Shown here piece by piece: positions 19,145 to 28,704 of a stretch of 64,000 nucleotides of DNA (position 1 is the stretch's first letter; each line of letters opens with the position of its first letter). The translations under genes were made by a program, and so were the position numbers. Origin of the DNA: Vicinamibacterales bacterium (GTDB lineage Bacteria > Acidobacteriota > Vicinamibacteria > Vicinamibacterales > UBA8438); contig CATQHX010000006.1 in the NCBI GenBank assembly GCA_958296065.1, positions 23,531-87,530 of the forward strand. The letters are read 5' to 3'. Under the pieces are notes generated by a model, which searched no databases, was not told the origin of the DNA, and worked only from the letters and a program-made list of their open reading frames with translations.

Positions 19145-21924
19145 GCGACGTCGCTTACGCGCCCGGAAGCCTCGTCAGCGCCCGCGGGCGGGAGTGGGTC
19201 GTCCTCACCGGAAGCTCGGCGGAGACACTCTGCGTCCGTCCTGTCACGGGATCGGATGAGGATCGGACGCTCATCCACCTGCCGCTCGAGAACGAGCCGG
19301 TTCGCGAGGCGCGGTTCCCGCTGCCCGGCGCGCATCAACTCGGCGGGCACGACTCTGCTCTCTTGCTTCGCGACGCGCTGCTGCTTTCGCTGCGGCGGGG
19401 AGCCGGCCCCTTTCGGAGCTTCGGCCAGATCTCCGTCGAGCCGCGAGCCTACCAGCTCGTGCCGCTACTTATGGCGCTCAAGCTCAACCCCGTACGCCTG
19501 CTCATCGCCGACGACGTCGGTGTCGGCAAGACGATCGAGGCCCTGCTCATCGCGCGCGAGCTGCTCGACCGGGGCGACATCGATCGCTCCGTCGTCCTCT
19601 GCCCGCCGCATCTCGTAGACCAGTGGGTCACCGAGCTCGACGTTCGTTTCAACATCCGCGCGGCGGCTGTCACCGCCCGGAGCGCGCGTCGCCTGGAACG
19701 GGGCATTCCACCGGGCGTAAGCATCTTCTCGGTTTACCCGCATACCGTCGTCAGTCTCGACTACATCAAGACCCGGGAGAGGCGCGACCACTTCCTCCAG
19801 GCGTGTCCCGACTTCGTCATCGTCGACGAGGCGCACACCTGCGCCTCGTCCGGCCGGGGCCGGCATCAGCGGTACGAGCTGCTCCAGGCTCTGGCCGACA
19901 CCGCGTCGCGGCACCTCGTCATGCTCACCGCCACTCCGCACAGCGGCGATGACGCGGCCTTCTATCGCCTGCTCGGCCTGCTCGCCCCGGACTTCGAGCG
20001 CCTGGCCGAGGTCACGGGCGCCGAACGCACGCGTCTCCGTGAGCGCCTCGCGAACCACTTCGTCCAGAGACGGCGTCCAGACATCGCCGAGTGGCGCGAC
20101 GGCAACATCTTCCCGCGACGCGAGACGAAGGAACTGACGTACAACCTCAGCGGCGCCTGGGAGGCGTTCCTCGACGACGTGCTCGACTACTGCGCCGAAG
20201 TTGTCGAGTCGGGTAAGGGTGACGAGCAACGGCAGCGTCTCAACTTCTGGGGCACGCTGGCGCTTCTTCGATGCGCCGGGTCGAGCCCCGTCGCGGCCGT
20301 GCTCGCCCTGCGCACCCGCGCCGGCGAGGATCTCGACGACGAGGCCCGCGAGGATCTTCTCGATCGCATCTTCGACGGCGACGTCGACGCGCTCGTAGCG
20401 GACGACGTCGAGCCCCCGGCCGGCGGCGACAGCCCGGCGTTGGCGCGGCTCATCGACCAGGCGAAGAGGCTCGCGGGCCAGAGCGGTGACCCGAAGCTCA
20501 GGATCGCCTCGAGACACGTCAAGGAGCTGGTCGTTTCCGGGTTCAACGTGGTGGTCTTCTGTCGCTTCATCGCGACGGCGCGCTACGTGGCCCGCCACCT
20601 GGAAGACAGCGTGAAGGGCGCCGCCGTCGACGCCGTGACCGGCGAGATGGCCCCGGAAGAGCGCGAGGAGCGCGTGGCGGGTATCGGCGCAGCCGAGAAC
20701 GGCAGGGTCCTGGTCGCCACCGACTGCCTGTCGGAAGGCGTCAACCTGCAGGAGCATTTCGATGCCGTCGTCCATTACGACCTCTCGTGGAACCCGACAC
20801 GCCACGAGCAGCGGGAGGGTCGCGTCGACCGCTTCGGTCAGCCGAGCGAAACCGTGCGCGCCACGCTCCTCTACGGGAGCAACAACCCGGTGGACGGCGC
20901 CGTGCTCCAGGTCATCTTGCGCAAGGCGGCGCGCATCCGGGAGGAGCTCGGCGTTCCCGTACCGGTGCCCGACGAGGGACACTCGCTCACGCAGGCGCTG
21001 TTGAAGGCCGTGCTCCTGCGGCGGCGGGGCGGCAGCGCCATCCATGAGGGCCGGCAGCTCGAGCTGTTCGAGAGTCATTGGGAGGACGTGAAGGCGAAGG
21101 CCAGGAAGAACCGGACCGTCTTCGCCCAGCGGCGCATCAAGCCCGACGAGGTGCTGCCCGAGTGGCGCAAAAGCCTCGCCGCGGTCGGCGGCCGCGACGA
21201 CGTGCAGCGCTTCGCGGGCCGCGCCCTCGCGAGGCTCGGTTCCGGGCTCGAACCGTTCAGGCGGGGCTTCAAGGTCCCGACCGCACCACTGCCGGATGAG
21301 GTCCGCGAGCGTCTGGCTGCCGAGCACATCGCGGGCACGGTCGCCATCGACTTCGCGTACCCGTCGGCGCCCGGCTGCCGTCCCGTGCAGCGCAGCCATC
21401 CGCTCGTCGCGGTGCTCGCCGAGACGCTCCTCGGGCGGACCCTCTCGGTCGACGACGGCGACGCGGCGGCCGGCGACCCGTCGGTCCTCGGGCGCGCCGG
21501 CTGCTGGATCTCCGAGGGCGTGCGAGCCCGCGCCACTATCGTGCTGCTGCGGCTGCGCCACCAGCTTCTATCGAGCCGGCGGGGCCGGCAACCTTTGATG
21601 GTCGAGGAGGCGACCGCCCTGGCCTGGGCCGGCCAGCGGGCGGCAGCGCCGATCACCGGACCCGAGGCGCTGGCTCTGCTCGCGCTCCCGCCCGCCGACG
21701 ATCCCCCGCGGCACGTCCGAGAGCGGGAGGTTGCGCGAGCCCTCGCCACGCTCTCCGAGCGCGCGGCGGACATCGAAGCCTTCTCGACTGCCCGCGCAGA
21801 CGCCCTGCTCGCCGATCACGTGCGTGTCCGCGAAGCCAGCCGGGCAACCGGGAGCACCGCCGTACAAGCCGTTCCGCGCCCCGACGTGATCGGCGTCTAC
21901 GTGCTCCTGCCGAAGGTGGCGTGA
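19141..21924 (+). CDS. SNF2-family helicase (DISARM DrmD-like)
   Basis: LIADDVGVGKTIEA (motif I), FVIVDEAHTCA (DEAH), MLTATPHSG, VLVATDCLSEGVNLQ...DLSWNPTRHEQREGRVDRFGQ. The ATG overlaps the upstream stop (ATGA at 19141-19144). Confidence 0.85.
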   Translation: MSDVAYAPGSLVSARGREWVVLTGSSAETLCVRPVTGSDEDRTLIHLPLENEPVREARFPLPGAHQLGGHDSALLLRDALLLSLRRGAGPFRSFGQISVEPRAYQLVPLLMALKLNPVRLLIADDVGVGKTIEALLIARELLDRGDIDRSVVLCPPHLVDQWVTELDVRFNIRAAAVTARSARRLERGIPPGVSIFSVYPHTVVSLDYIKTRERRDHFLQACPDFVIVDEAHTCASSGRGRHQRYELLQALADTASRHLVMLTATPHSGDDAAFYRLLGLLAPDFERLAEVTGAERTRLRERLANHFVQRRRPDIAEWRDGNIFPRRETKELTYNLSGAWEAFLDDVLDYCAEVVESGKGDEQRQRLNFWGTLALLRCAGSSPVAAVLALRTRAGEDLDDEAREDLLDRIFDGDVDALVADDVEPPAGGDSPALARLIDQAKRLAGQSGDPKLRIASRHVKELVVSGFNVVVFCRFIATARYVARHLEDSVKGAAVDAVTGEMAPEEREERVAGIGAAENGRVLVATDCLSEGVNLQEHFDAVVHYDLSWNPTRHEQREGRVDRFGQPSETVRATLLYGSNNPVDGAVLQVILRKAARIREELGVPVPVPDEGHSLTQALLKAVLLRRRGGSAIHEGRQLELFESHWEDVKAKARKNRTVFAQRRIKPDEVLPEWRKSLAAVGGRDDVQRFAGRALARLGSGLEPFRRGFKVPTAPLPDEVRERLAAEHIAGTVAIDFAYPSAPGCRPVQRSHPLVAVLAETLLGRTLSVDDGDAAAGDPSVLGRAGCWISEGVRARATIVLLRLRHQLLSSRRGRQPLMVEEATALAWAGQRAAAPITGPEALALLALPPADDPPRHVREREVARALATLSERAADIEAFSTARADALLADHVRVREASRATGSTAVQAVPRPDVIGVYVLLPKVA

Positions 21925-24900
21925 CCATGGCGCCTCGCGGAAGCCGCACGGCCGAGGTTCAACTGGCCTTCAACGCCCTCTCGATCGAGGGCGGTCTTCT
22001 GGGGGCGGAGTGGCTCGGTCGGGTGGCGCAGCGCCGGGCCGATTCGCAGGAGCCCGCCGACTATCGCATTCCGAAGGGGCTCGACGTCCGCGACGAGATC
22101 GCCCGGAGCTGGCGCATCGGCCAGGCGTGCTTTCGCGAGCTCGAGGCGGGTCGCGCCGCGGGAGGCGACCCCCGCGCGCTCGCCGAGCGCTTCGTCGAGC
22201 CGTTGCTGCGCGACGCGTTCGGTTTCGCGTCCCTCGCGGGCGTGGAGCCGAGGGCGGTCGACGACCGCGTGTATCCGGTCCGGTTCTTCGCTCTCGGCGG
22301 CCGGGTTCCCGTCGTCGTCGCGCGCGCGGGAGCGGGCCTCGACACCCTCCTGCCCGAGCTCGGCGACGACCAGCGCCGCCGGAGCGCGTTCGGGCTACTG
22401 CAGGAGACGCTGAACGCGTCCGGCAAGAGGCTCTGGGGCCTCGCCACCGACGGGCTTTCGCTGCGCATCGCGCGCGACAACGCGAGCCTCACGCGGCCGG
22501 CGTGGATCGAAGCCGACCTCGGCCGGATCTTCACGGAGGACCTGTATCCCGACTTCGCCGCGCTCTGGCTGCTCGCGCACGAGTCGCGCTTCGGCCGTGG
22601 CGACGACGCGGCCGCGACGTGCCCGCTGGAGGCGTGGCGGGAGGCGGGCCGTGAGGAGGGGACGCGGGCGCGCGAGAAGCTGAGCGCCGGCTTCCGGAAG
22701 GCGCTCCAGGTTCTGGGGGAGGGGTTCCTTTCGCATCCCGCGAACAGGAAGCTCCGGGCTGCACTGCACGCGGGAGATCTCAAGAAGGACAGCTACTTCG
22801 AACAGCTCCTCCGGCTGGTCTACCGGCTCGTCTTCCTGCTGACCGTCGAGGAACGGGAGCTGCTGCACCCGAGGGACGCGTCCGAGTCGGCCCGCCGCCT
22901 CTATGCCGAGGGCTACGGTCTGCGCCGCCTCCGCGACCGGGCGGTGCGCCGGAGCGCGCACGACCGGCAGGGCGATCTCTGGGAGGCTGTCAGGATCGTC
23001 TTCCGCAGCCTCGCCGGCGGGGAGCCGCGTCTCGGGCTGCCCGCCCTCGCCGGCCTGTTCGCGCCCGACGAGTGTCCCGACCTCGACGCGGCGAAGCTGG
23101 AGAACCGCGCGCTCCTCCGGGCCCTCTTCGGTCTCGCATGGCTTCGCGAGCCTTCCGGGCTCGTCCGCGTGAACTGGCGCGACATGGGCGCCGACGAGCT
23201 GGGCTACGTCTACGAGGGGCTTCTGGAGCTGGTTCCGCAGATCACCGGCGCCGGCCGGTCCTTTTCGTTCGCGGGCGCCGACGAGAGCCGGGGCCACGCG
23301 CGGAAGACGACCGGCAGCTTCTACACGCCGGACGAGCTCGTGCAGGTCCTCCTCGACAGCGCCCTCGACCCCGTGGTCGAACGCACCGTCGGCGCGCATC
23401 CCGAGCGTCCCGTCGACGCTCTTCTCGATCTCGCGATCGTCGACCCCGCCTGCGGGTCGGGGCACTTCCTGCTCGCGGCGGCGCGCCGCCTCGCCGACCG
23501 AGTCGCGCGCATCCGGGAGGGGGGAACGCCCGCGCCGGACGACTACCAGCGTGCGCTCCGCGACGTCGTGCGGCGGTGCCTCTACGGCGTCGACAGGAAC
23601 CCGCTGGCCGTCGAGCTCTGCAAGGTGAGCTTGTGGATGGAGTCGATCGACCCGGGCCTGCCCCTCACGTTCCTGGAGAGCCACGTCCGTTGCGGCAACT
23701 CCCTCATCGGCGCGACCCGTGCGCTCATGGGTGATCAGGTGCCCGAAGCCGCGTGGACGGGCCTGGAGGGAGACGTCAGGAAGATCGCCACGTCGCTCAA
23801 GAAGCGCAACCGGGACGAAATCGCCGGTCAGCGACGGCTGCCGTTCGAGCCTCGCAGCGAGTCGGTCACCCTGCGCGACGCCATTCGCGCCGTCGAGCAG
23901 GCCCCGGACGCGGACGCCGCCGCCCTGGCCGCGAAGCAGCGGGAGTGGAACGCGCTCCTGACCTCGGAGGCCTACGGGCACGAGAAGCTCGTGGCCGACG
24001 CGTGGTGCGCCGCCTTCCTCTGGCCCAAGAACGAACCCGGCCCCGTCGTCGAGGCGGCGCCGACGACGGCGTCCTGGCTCGCGCTCCGCGACGGGGAGGG
24101 ACCGCCGCCCCCCGTGCTCGTCGAGACCACGCGGCGAATCGTCGAGGACTACGGCGTTTTCCACTGGGAGCTGGCGTTTCCCGACGTCTTTGCACGCGGC
24201 GGCTTCGACGTCGTGCTCGGCAACCCGCCTTGGGAGCGGGTCAAGCTGCAGGAGCAGGAGTTCTTCGCCAGGCGCGAGCCCTCGATCGCGGCGGCGCGGA
24301 ACGCCGCCGAGCGCAAGAAGTTGATCGCGGCACTTCCGGCCACGGACCCGGATCTCTGGAAGGAGTGGACCAGCGCGACGCGCATCGCGCAAGGGCAGAG
24401 CCATTTCGTGCGGCAATCCGGGCGCTACCCGCTGTGCGGGAAGGGCGACGTGAACACGTACGCGCTTTTCGCCGAGCACAACTGGACGGTGCTGGCGCCT
24501 CGCGGGCGCGCAGGCTTCATAGCGCCTAGCGGGATCGTCACCGACGATACCACCAAGGAGTACTTCCAGGCTCTTCTCGACGGTAGCACCCTTGCCAGTG
24601 TCCATCACTTCGAGAACGAGAGTCTCGTCTTCAGGGGGCTCGACCACAGATATCGGTTCGCGCTCTTCACGATCGGGGAGTCCCGTCAGGCCGACCTCGT
24701 CTTCTATGCGAGGCGCGCGGTCGATCTCGACGACCGGTGGCGGCACTTCGCTCTGACGCCCGGCGACTTCGCCACGCTGAATCCGAATACGCGGACCTGT
24801 CCCACGTTCAGGTCTCAGCGCGACGCCGACATCAACTTGGCGATGTACCGTCGTGCCGGCGTCCTGTGGCGGGAGAACGACCCGGACGGGAATCCGTGGG

Positions 24901-25892
24901 GCCTCAGATTTCTGCGCATGTTCGACATGGCCAACGACTCCGGGCTGTTTCGCACGCGGGCGGAGCTGGCGTCGGCCGGGTGGAGGCTGGACGGAGATCG
25001 GTTCGAGTGGGACGGCGACCGGTTCCGGGAAGGCGGAGGGGTCATGCTGCCTCTGTACGAGGCCAAGATGGTCCACCGGTTCGACCACCGATTCGGAACC
25101 TACGAGGGGCAGAGCGAGGCCCAGGCGAACCAGGGCAAGCTGCCCGAGCTCGACCACATTGCCCATGCCGATCCGGAGCGGGCAACGCTACCGAGGTACT
25201 GGGTCCACGGGGATGAGGTGGCAACGAAGCTGGATGACATCTGGGACAGACGCTGGATGCTCGGATGGCGGGACATCACCCGTGCGAGTGATACGCGAAC
25301 CGTCATCGCGGGCATCATTCCGAGAGCTGCCGTGAACGACAAGTTCCTGGTGATGATGCCGTCTCATCAAGCGCAACTCGTGGCCGGCCTCTACGCGAAC
25401 TTGTCGAGCATTCCGTTCGACTATTGCGCAAGGCAGAAGGTCGGTGGAGTCAGCCTGAAGTACTTCACCATGCGGCAGCTTCCCGCGTTTGCCCCGCCGA
25501 CCTATGCGATGCCCGCACCCTGGGTGCCCGCGACGCCGGTTCGCGATTGGCTTCTCCCGCGTGTTCTCGAGCTCACCTATACCGCGTGGAACCTGAAGTC
25601 GTTCGCCGAGGATTGCGGCGACGACGGTCCGCCCTTCATCTGGGATCCCGAGCGCCGCTTCCGGCTCCGGTGCGAGATCGACGCCGCCTTCTTCCACTTG
25701 TACGGCATCTCGCGCGACGATGCCGGCTACATCCTCGACACGTTCCCGGTGATCGCACGGTCGGAAACGCGCGAGCACGGCGAGTACCGGACGAAACGCA
25801 CGGTGCTGGAGACCTACGACGCACTGGCGGCGGCCGCCGCGAGGGGCGTACCCTACGACTCGCCGCTCGGACCACCGAGGAGGGCGACATGA
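21921..25892 (+). CDS. Eco57I-like N6-adenine DNA methyltransferase, 1323 aa (DISARM DrmMI-like)
   Basis: FYTPDELV, SAM motif VDPACGSGHFLL, catalytic NPPW (24222-24233), and a typical tail FHLYGISRDDAGYILDTFPV. The GTG at 21921 overlaps the upstream TGA; an alternative ATG lies at 21927. Confidence 0.85.
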   Translation: MTMAPRGSRTAEVQLAFNALSIEGGLLGAEWLGRVAQRRADSQEPADYRIPKGLDVRDEIARSWRIGQACFRELEAGRAAGGDPRALAERFVEPLLRDAFGFASLAGVEPRAVDDRVYPVRFFALGGRVPVVVARAGAGLDTLLPELGDDQRRRSAFGLLQETLNASGKRLWGLATDGLSLRIARDNASLTRPAWIEADLGRIFTEDLYPDFAALWLLAHESRFGRGDDAAATCPLEAWREAGREEGTRAREKLSAGFRKALQVLGEGFLSHPANRKLRAALHAGDLKKDSYFEQLLRLVYRLVFLLTVEERELLHPRDASESARRLYAEGYGLRRLRDRAVRRSAHDRQGDLWEAVRIVFRSLAGGEPRLGLPALAGLFAPDECPDLDAAKLENRALLRALFGLAWLREPSGLVRVNWRDMGADELGYVYEGLLELVPQITGAGRSFSFAGADESRGHARKTTGSFYTPDELVQVLLDSALDPVVERTVGAHPERPVDALLDLAIVDPACGSGHFLLAAARRLADRVARIREGGTPAPDDYQRALRDVVRRCLYGVDRNPLAVELCKVSLWMESIDPGLPLTFLESHVRCGNSLIGATRALMGDQVPEAAWTGLEGDVRKIATSLKKRNRDEIAGQRRLPFEPRSESVTLRDAIRAVEQAPDADAAALAAKQREWNALLTSEAYGHEKLVADAWCAAFLWPKNEPGPVVEAAPTTASWLALRDGEGPPPPVLVETTRRIVEDYGVFHWELAFPDVFARGGFDVVLGNPPWERVKLQEQEFFARREPSIAAARNAAERKKLIAALPATDPDLWKEWTSATRIAQGQSHFVRQSGRYPLCGKGDVNTYALFAEHNWTVLAPRGRAGFIAPSGIVTDDTTKEYFQALLDGSTLASVHHFENESLVFRGLDHRYRFALFTIGESRQADLVFYARRAVDLDDRWRHFALTPGDFATLNPNTRTCPTFRSQRDADINLAMYRRAGVLWRENDPDGNPWGLRFLRMFDMANDSGLFRTRAELASAGWRLDGDRFEWDGDRFREGGGVMLPLYEAKMVHRFDHRFGTYEGQSEAQANQGKLPELDHIAHADPERATLPRYWVHGDEVATKLDDIWDRRWMLGWRDITRASDTRTVIAGIIPRAAVNDKFLVMMPSHQAQLVAGLYANLSSIPFDYCARQKVGGVSLKYFTMRQLPAFAPPTYAMPAPWVPATPVRDWLLPRVLELTYTAWNLKSFAEDCGDDGPPFIWDPERRFRLRCEIDAAFFHLYGISRDDAGYILDTFPVIARSETREHGEYRTKRTVLETYDALAAAAARGVPYDSPLGPPRRAT

Positions 25893-27124
25893 GCCGATTC
25901 CGCCTCCGCGAGATCCGCGCTCGCAACTACCGCTGCTTCGAAGAGTTGGCGCTGCCGATCGAGGAAGACACAACCGTCCTCTTCGCCGAGAACGGCGGGG
26001 GAAAGACCGCGTTGCTCACGGCTCTCGCCATGGGCCTCGGCGTGTTCCAGAGAGCGTCGCCGAAGACCGCACGGCTCAGCCCGACGCGCGACATCAGGCT
26101 GCGAACGCTCGGTGAGAGGGGGCGAAGGGAGCCGGTTGGCCCGTGCGAGCTTGCGTGGACCGCGGACGTGGGGACAACCGAATCCGTGACGTGGTCGATG
26201 GCGGCTCAGGCACGCGTGGGGATCACGAAGGGACATCGACGGATTCTTGCGGCGCTGGAGCGGGTTCGGGCGCCCGGCGAACGGTGGCCATTGTTCGCAT
26301 GGTACGGCGTCGACCGGTTGGGACGGCAGCGGGACCGCCGACGCAGAGTAGAGCGGGTCGGGGACCGCTGGGAGGCCTACGACTCTTCACTCGACCCGGA
26401 TCTCGACACGGCGCCGCTGCTGCAGTGGCTCCAGGACGAGATGCTCGGAGACGTGAGCCGGAGGGACCGGGGAGAACCGGAGCGTTTCTTCCACAAGGCC
26501 GTGCTGGAAGCGGCGGTCCGGGCAACTCCCGGTGTCGAGGACGCCTGGTACGACGCAACGGCACAGAGTCCCGTGGTGCGCTTTGAGGATGGGCACGCGG
26601 CCCCGTGGTCGGAGCTGTCCGACGGTTACCACGTGTTCATCGCCCTGGTCGCCGACATCGCCCGTCGCGCGGTCATGCTTAACGAGTTCGACGGTGCCGA
26701 GGCGCCAGCGCGCGTGGAGGGCGTGGTGCTCGTCGACGAGCTCGACCTGCACCTCCATCCGCGCTGGCAGCGCGTGGCGCTTCCGAGCCTCCGCAGCGCG
26801 TTTCCAAGACTGCAGTTCGTCGTCACCACGCATTCACCGCAGGTGCTGAGCAGTTCCGCGAACCGTCAGGTGCGGCGGCTGGTTGACAGGCAGCTTCAGG
26901 AGCGGGACGTGTTCGTGTCGGGTCGGGACACCAACGCGATCCTCCGCGATCTCATGCGAACCGACGACCGTGACGAGGAAGGCAAGCTCGCACTGCGCCG
27001 TCTGCACGACGCGATCGATCGAGGCGACGCCGAGCAGGCGGATCGGATCTATCGGGAACTGCGGGACCGATGGGGAGACGGCGACCCCGCGCTCATCCGA
27101 GCCAAGGGCTTCATGGAGGAGTAG
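25889..27124 (+). CDS. ptuA: AAA_15/21-type ATPase, Septu PtuA-like
   Basis: MSRFRLREIRARNYRCFEEL...LFAENGGGKTALL (Walker A), VVLVDELDLHLHP (Walker B), VVTTHSPQVL. Start ATG at 25889 overlaps the methyltransferase stop (ATGA). The ORF-track start at 25424 lies inside the methyltransferase gene. Confidence 0.75.
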   Translation: MSRFRLREIRARNYRCFEELALPIEEDTTVLFAENGGGKTALLTALAMGLGVFQRASPKTARLSPTRDIRLRTLGERGRREPVGPCELAWTADVGTTESVTWSMAAQARVGITKGHRRILAALERVRAPGERWPLFAWYGVDRLGRQRDRRRRVERVGDRWEAYDSSLDPDLDTAPLLQWLQDEMLGDVSRRDRGEPERFFHKAVLEAAVRATPGVEDAWYDATAQSPVVRFEDGHAAPWSELSDGYHVFIALVADIARRAVMLNEFDGAEAPARVEGVVLVDELDLHLHPRWQRVALPSLRSAFPRLQFVVTTHSPQVLSSSANRQVRRLVDRQLQERDVFVSGRDTNAILRDLMRTDDRDEEGKLALRRLHDAIDRGDAEQADRIYRELRDRWGDGDPALIRAKGFMEE

Positions 27125-27886
27125 ATGCGGCGATTGGCGAAGGCCCGGCCGCCCGCGAACGTGAGTCCCGATGGCCAGACGCCGCGGTCATTCGCGGATG
27201 CGGAGCGAGCGTACCTTGCAGCTTTACCCAGCAGGCCCGAGACGGTAAGGTTCGCCCGATCGGAATACGGGCGGCTGGAGAAGCGCAGGCTGCGCCAAGT
27301 CATGTACAGCGAGCAGGGATCACTGTGCGTCTACTGCGAACGGGAGCTGTGTGAAAACAACGGCCCGCCTCACGTCGAGCACTGGCGCCCGCTGAGCAGA
27401 GATCCCCAACACGCCCTGCACTGGAACAACCTGTACCTCTCCTGCCCAACGATGGATACGTGCGATGGCGCCAAGCGCGACCGGCCACTCAAGGGCGACG
27501 ATACAGATCCGGATCTCCCATGGCCAATTGAACTCGATTACGAGAACCTGGTCGGTTTCACCAGCCAGGGCGTGATGTGCGTCCGCGACGACGCACACAT
27601 GGACGAGGCGACCCGGAGAACTCTGGAACTGGCCATCGACGACCGTCAGCACGACGGCATGCCGCAGCGGGCCATCCTCAATCTCAATCACCCGACGCTC
27701 GTGGCGGCCCGAAGCGCGGCGCTGGACAGCGAGCGGACGCGGCACCAGCGGGATTTCGAGAACAGGACCGCGACTAGGGATGAGCGCGAGCAGCGGGCCA
27801 CCCAACTCCTCCGCAGGGAACAGCTTCCCGCCTTCGTGAGCATCCGCGTCTCATGGCTGCGAGGGATGCTGGGCCGAGGTCGGTGA
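27125..27886 (+). CDS. ptuB: HNH nuclease of the TIGR02646 type, Septu PtuB-like
   Basis: GSLCVYCERELCENNGPPHVEHWRPLS...HWNNLYLSCPTMDTCDGAK (C-x2-C ... H-x-E-H ... N-x-x-x-x-C pattern). The ATG directly abuts the PtuA stop. Confidence 0.75.
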   Translation: MRRLAKARPPANVSPDGQTPRSFADAERAYLAALPSRPETVRFARSEYGRLEKRRLRQVMYSEQGSLCVYCERELCENNGPPHVEHWRPLSRDPQHALHWNNLYLSCPTMDTCDGAKRDRPLKGDDTDPDLPWPIELDYENLVGFTSQGVMCVRDDAHMDEATRRTLELAIDDRQHDGMPQRAILNLNHPTLVAARSAALDSERTRHQRDFENRTATRDEREQRATQLLRREQLPAFVSIRVSWLRGMLGRGR

Positions 27887-28665
27887 TGCTAACGGCCGTC
27901 ACGGTCACCCGTCTGGAGAAGGCCGCTACCGACAACGGCTTCGATCTCGATCTGGAACGCACGGCCGACTGGCTTTGCTTCGGCAGCAGCCAAACGTCGA
28001 TGCGCATCTGGCTCACGGCCATCGGAGAATCTCGGTTTCTCGCGGCCGCTTCACGGGCCGACGTCCTCGAGGGATTGCCGGGGTTCGGCATGGCGTTCAC
28101 GGATCTCCTCCCGAATGGCGCCGCCGGTGCACTGCGCGTCAGCGATATCGCCGCACTCCATCGCCTGTTGCGCCGCGCCTTCCAACTCTCACGGTCGCTG
28201 CCGGACGCTCTGCTTCATGTCTTCGAGGACGAAACCCGGAACTTGCCGCGCGCGACGGAAATGGAACGCCTAGTCGTGCAGCGAGTCGGGCAGGACATCT
28301 TCCGCCGCGGTTTGTTCGAGTACTGGGATGGCCGCTGCGCGCTCACCGGCCTCGACGTTGCCGAACTCCTGCGGGCCAGCCACATCAAGCCCTGGGCCGA
28401 CTGCGACACGGACGCCGAGCGCCTCGACGTCTTCAATGGCTTGCTGCTGGCCGCGCATCTCGATGCCGCTTTCGACGCCGGCTTCATCACGATCGCAGGG
28501 GACGGATCGGTGCTCCCTTCGAACCTCTTCCCCACCGACGCCCGGTCGGCGCTTGGCCTCAACGAGTTGCCGAAAATCCGTGGACTGCGCCGCGCTCACG
28601 AGCGCTACCTGCCATGGCACAGGGCCAAGGTCTTCCGTACAGGTGCGGAGAGGTACGAGGTATAG
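27886..28665 (+). CDS. HNH_2-type endonuclease (COG3440-like putative restriction endonuclease)
   Basis: GQDIFRRGLFEYWDGRCALTGLDVAELLRASHIKPW...FNGLLLAAHLDAAFDAGFITI is the PF13391-like HNH core. The in-frame ATG at 27886 overlaps the PtuB stop by 1 nt (TGATG). Confidence 0.75.
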   Translation: MLTAVTVTRLEKAATDNGFDLDLERTADWLCFGSSQTSMRIWLTAIGESRFLAAASRADVLEGLPGFGMAFTDLLPNGAAGALRVSDIAALHRLLRRAFQLSRSLPDALLHVFEDETRNLPRATEMERLVVQRVGQDIFRRGLFEYWDGRCALTGLDVAELLRASHIKPWADCDTDAERLDVFNGLLLAAHLDAAFDAGFITIAGDGSVLPSNLFPTDARSALGLNELPKIRGLRRAHERYLPWHRAKVFRTGAERYEV

Positions 28666-28704
28666 AGCCCATCGAATCACAGCTGCATTCGAGGTACCCA
28701 AATC

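Noticed and set aside
25424-25888. Upstream extensions of the PtuA ORF (25424), the ADOP-5 ORF (60406), the PadR ORFs (54999, 57862) and the TTG start at 13700
   Set aside because: The extensions overlap the preceding well-supported genes or lack protein-like composition. In-frame ATG codons at the gene junctions give canonical N-termini.
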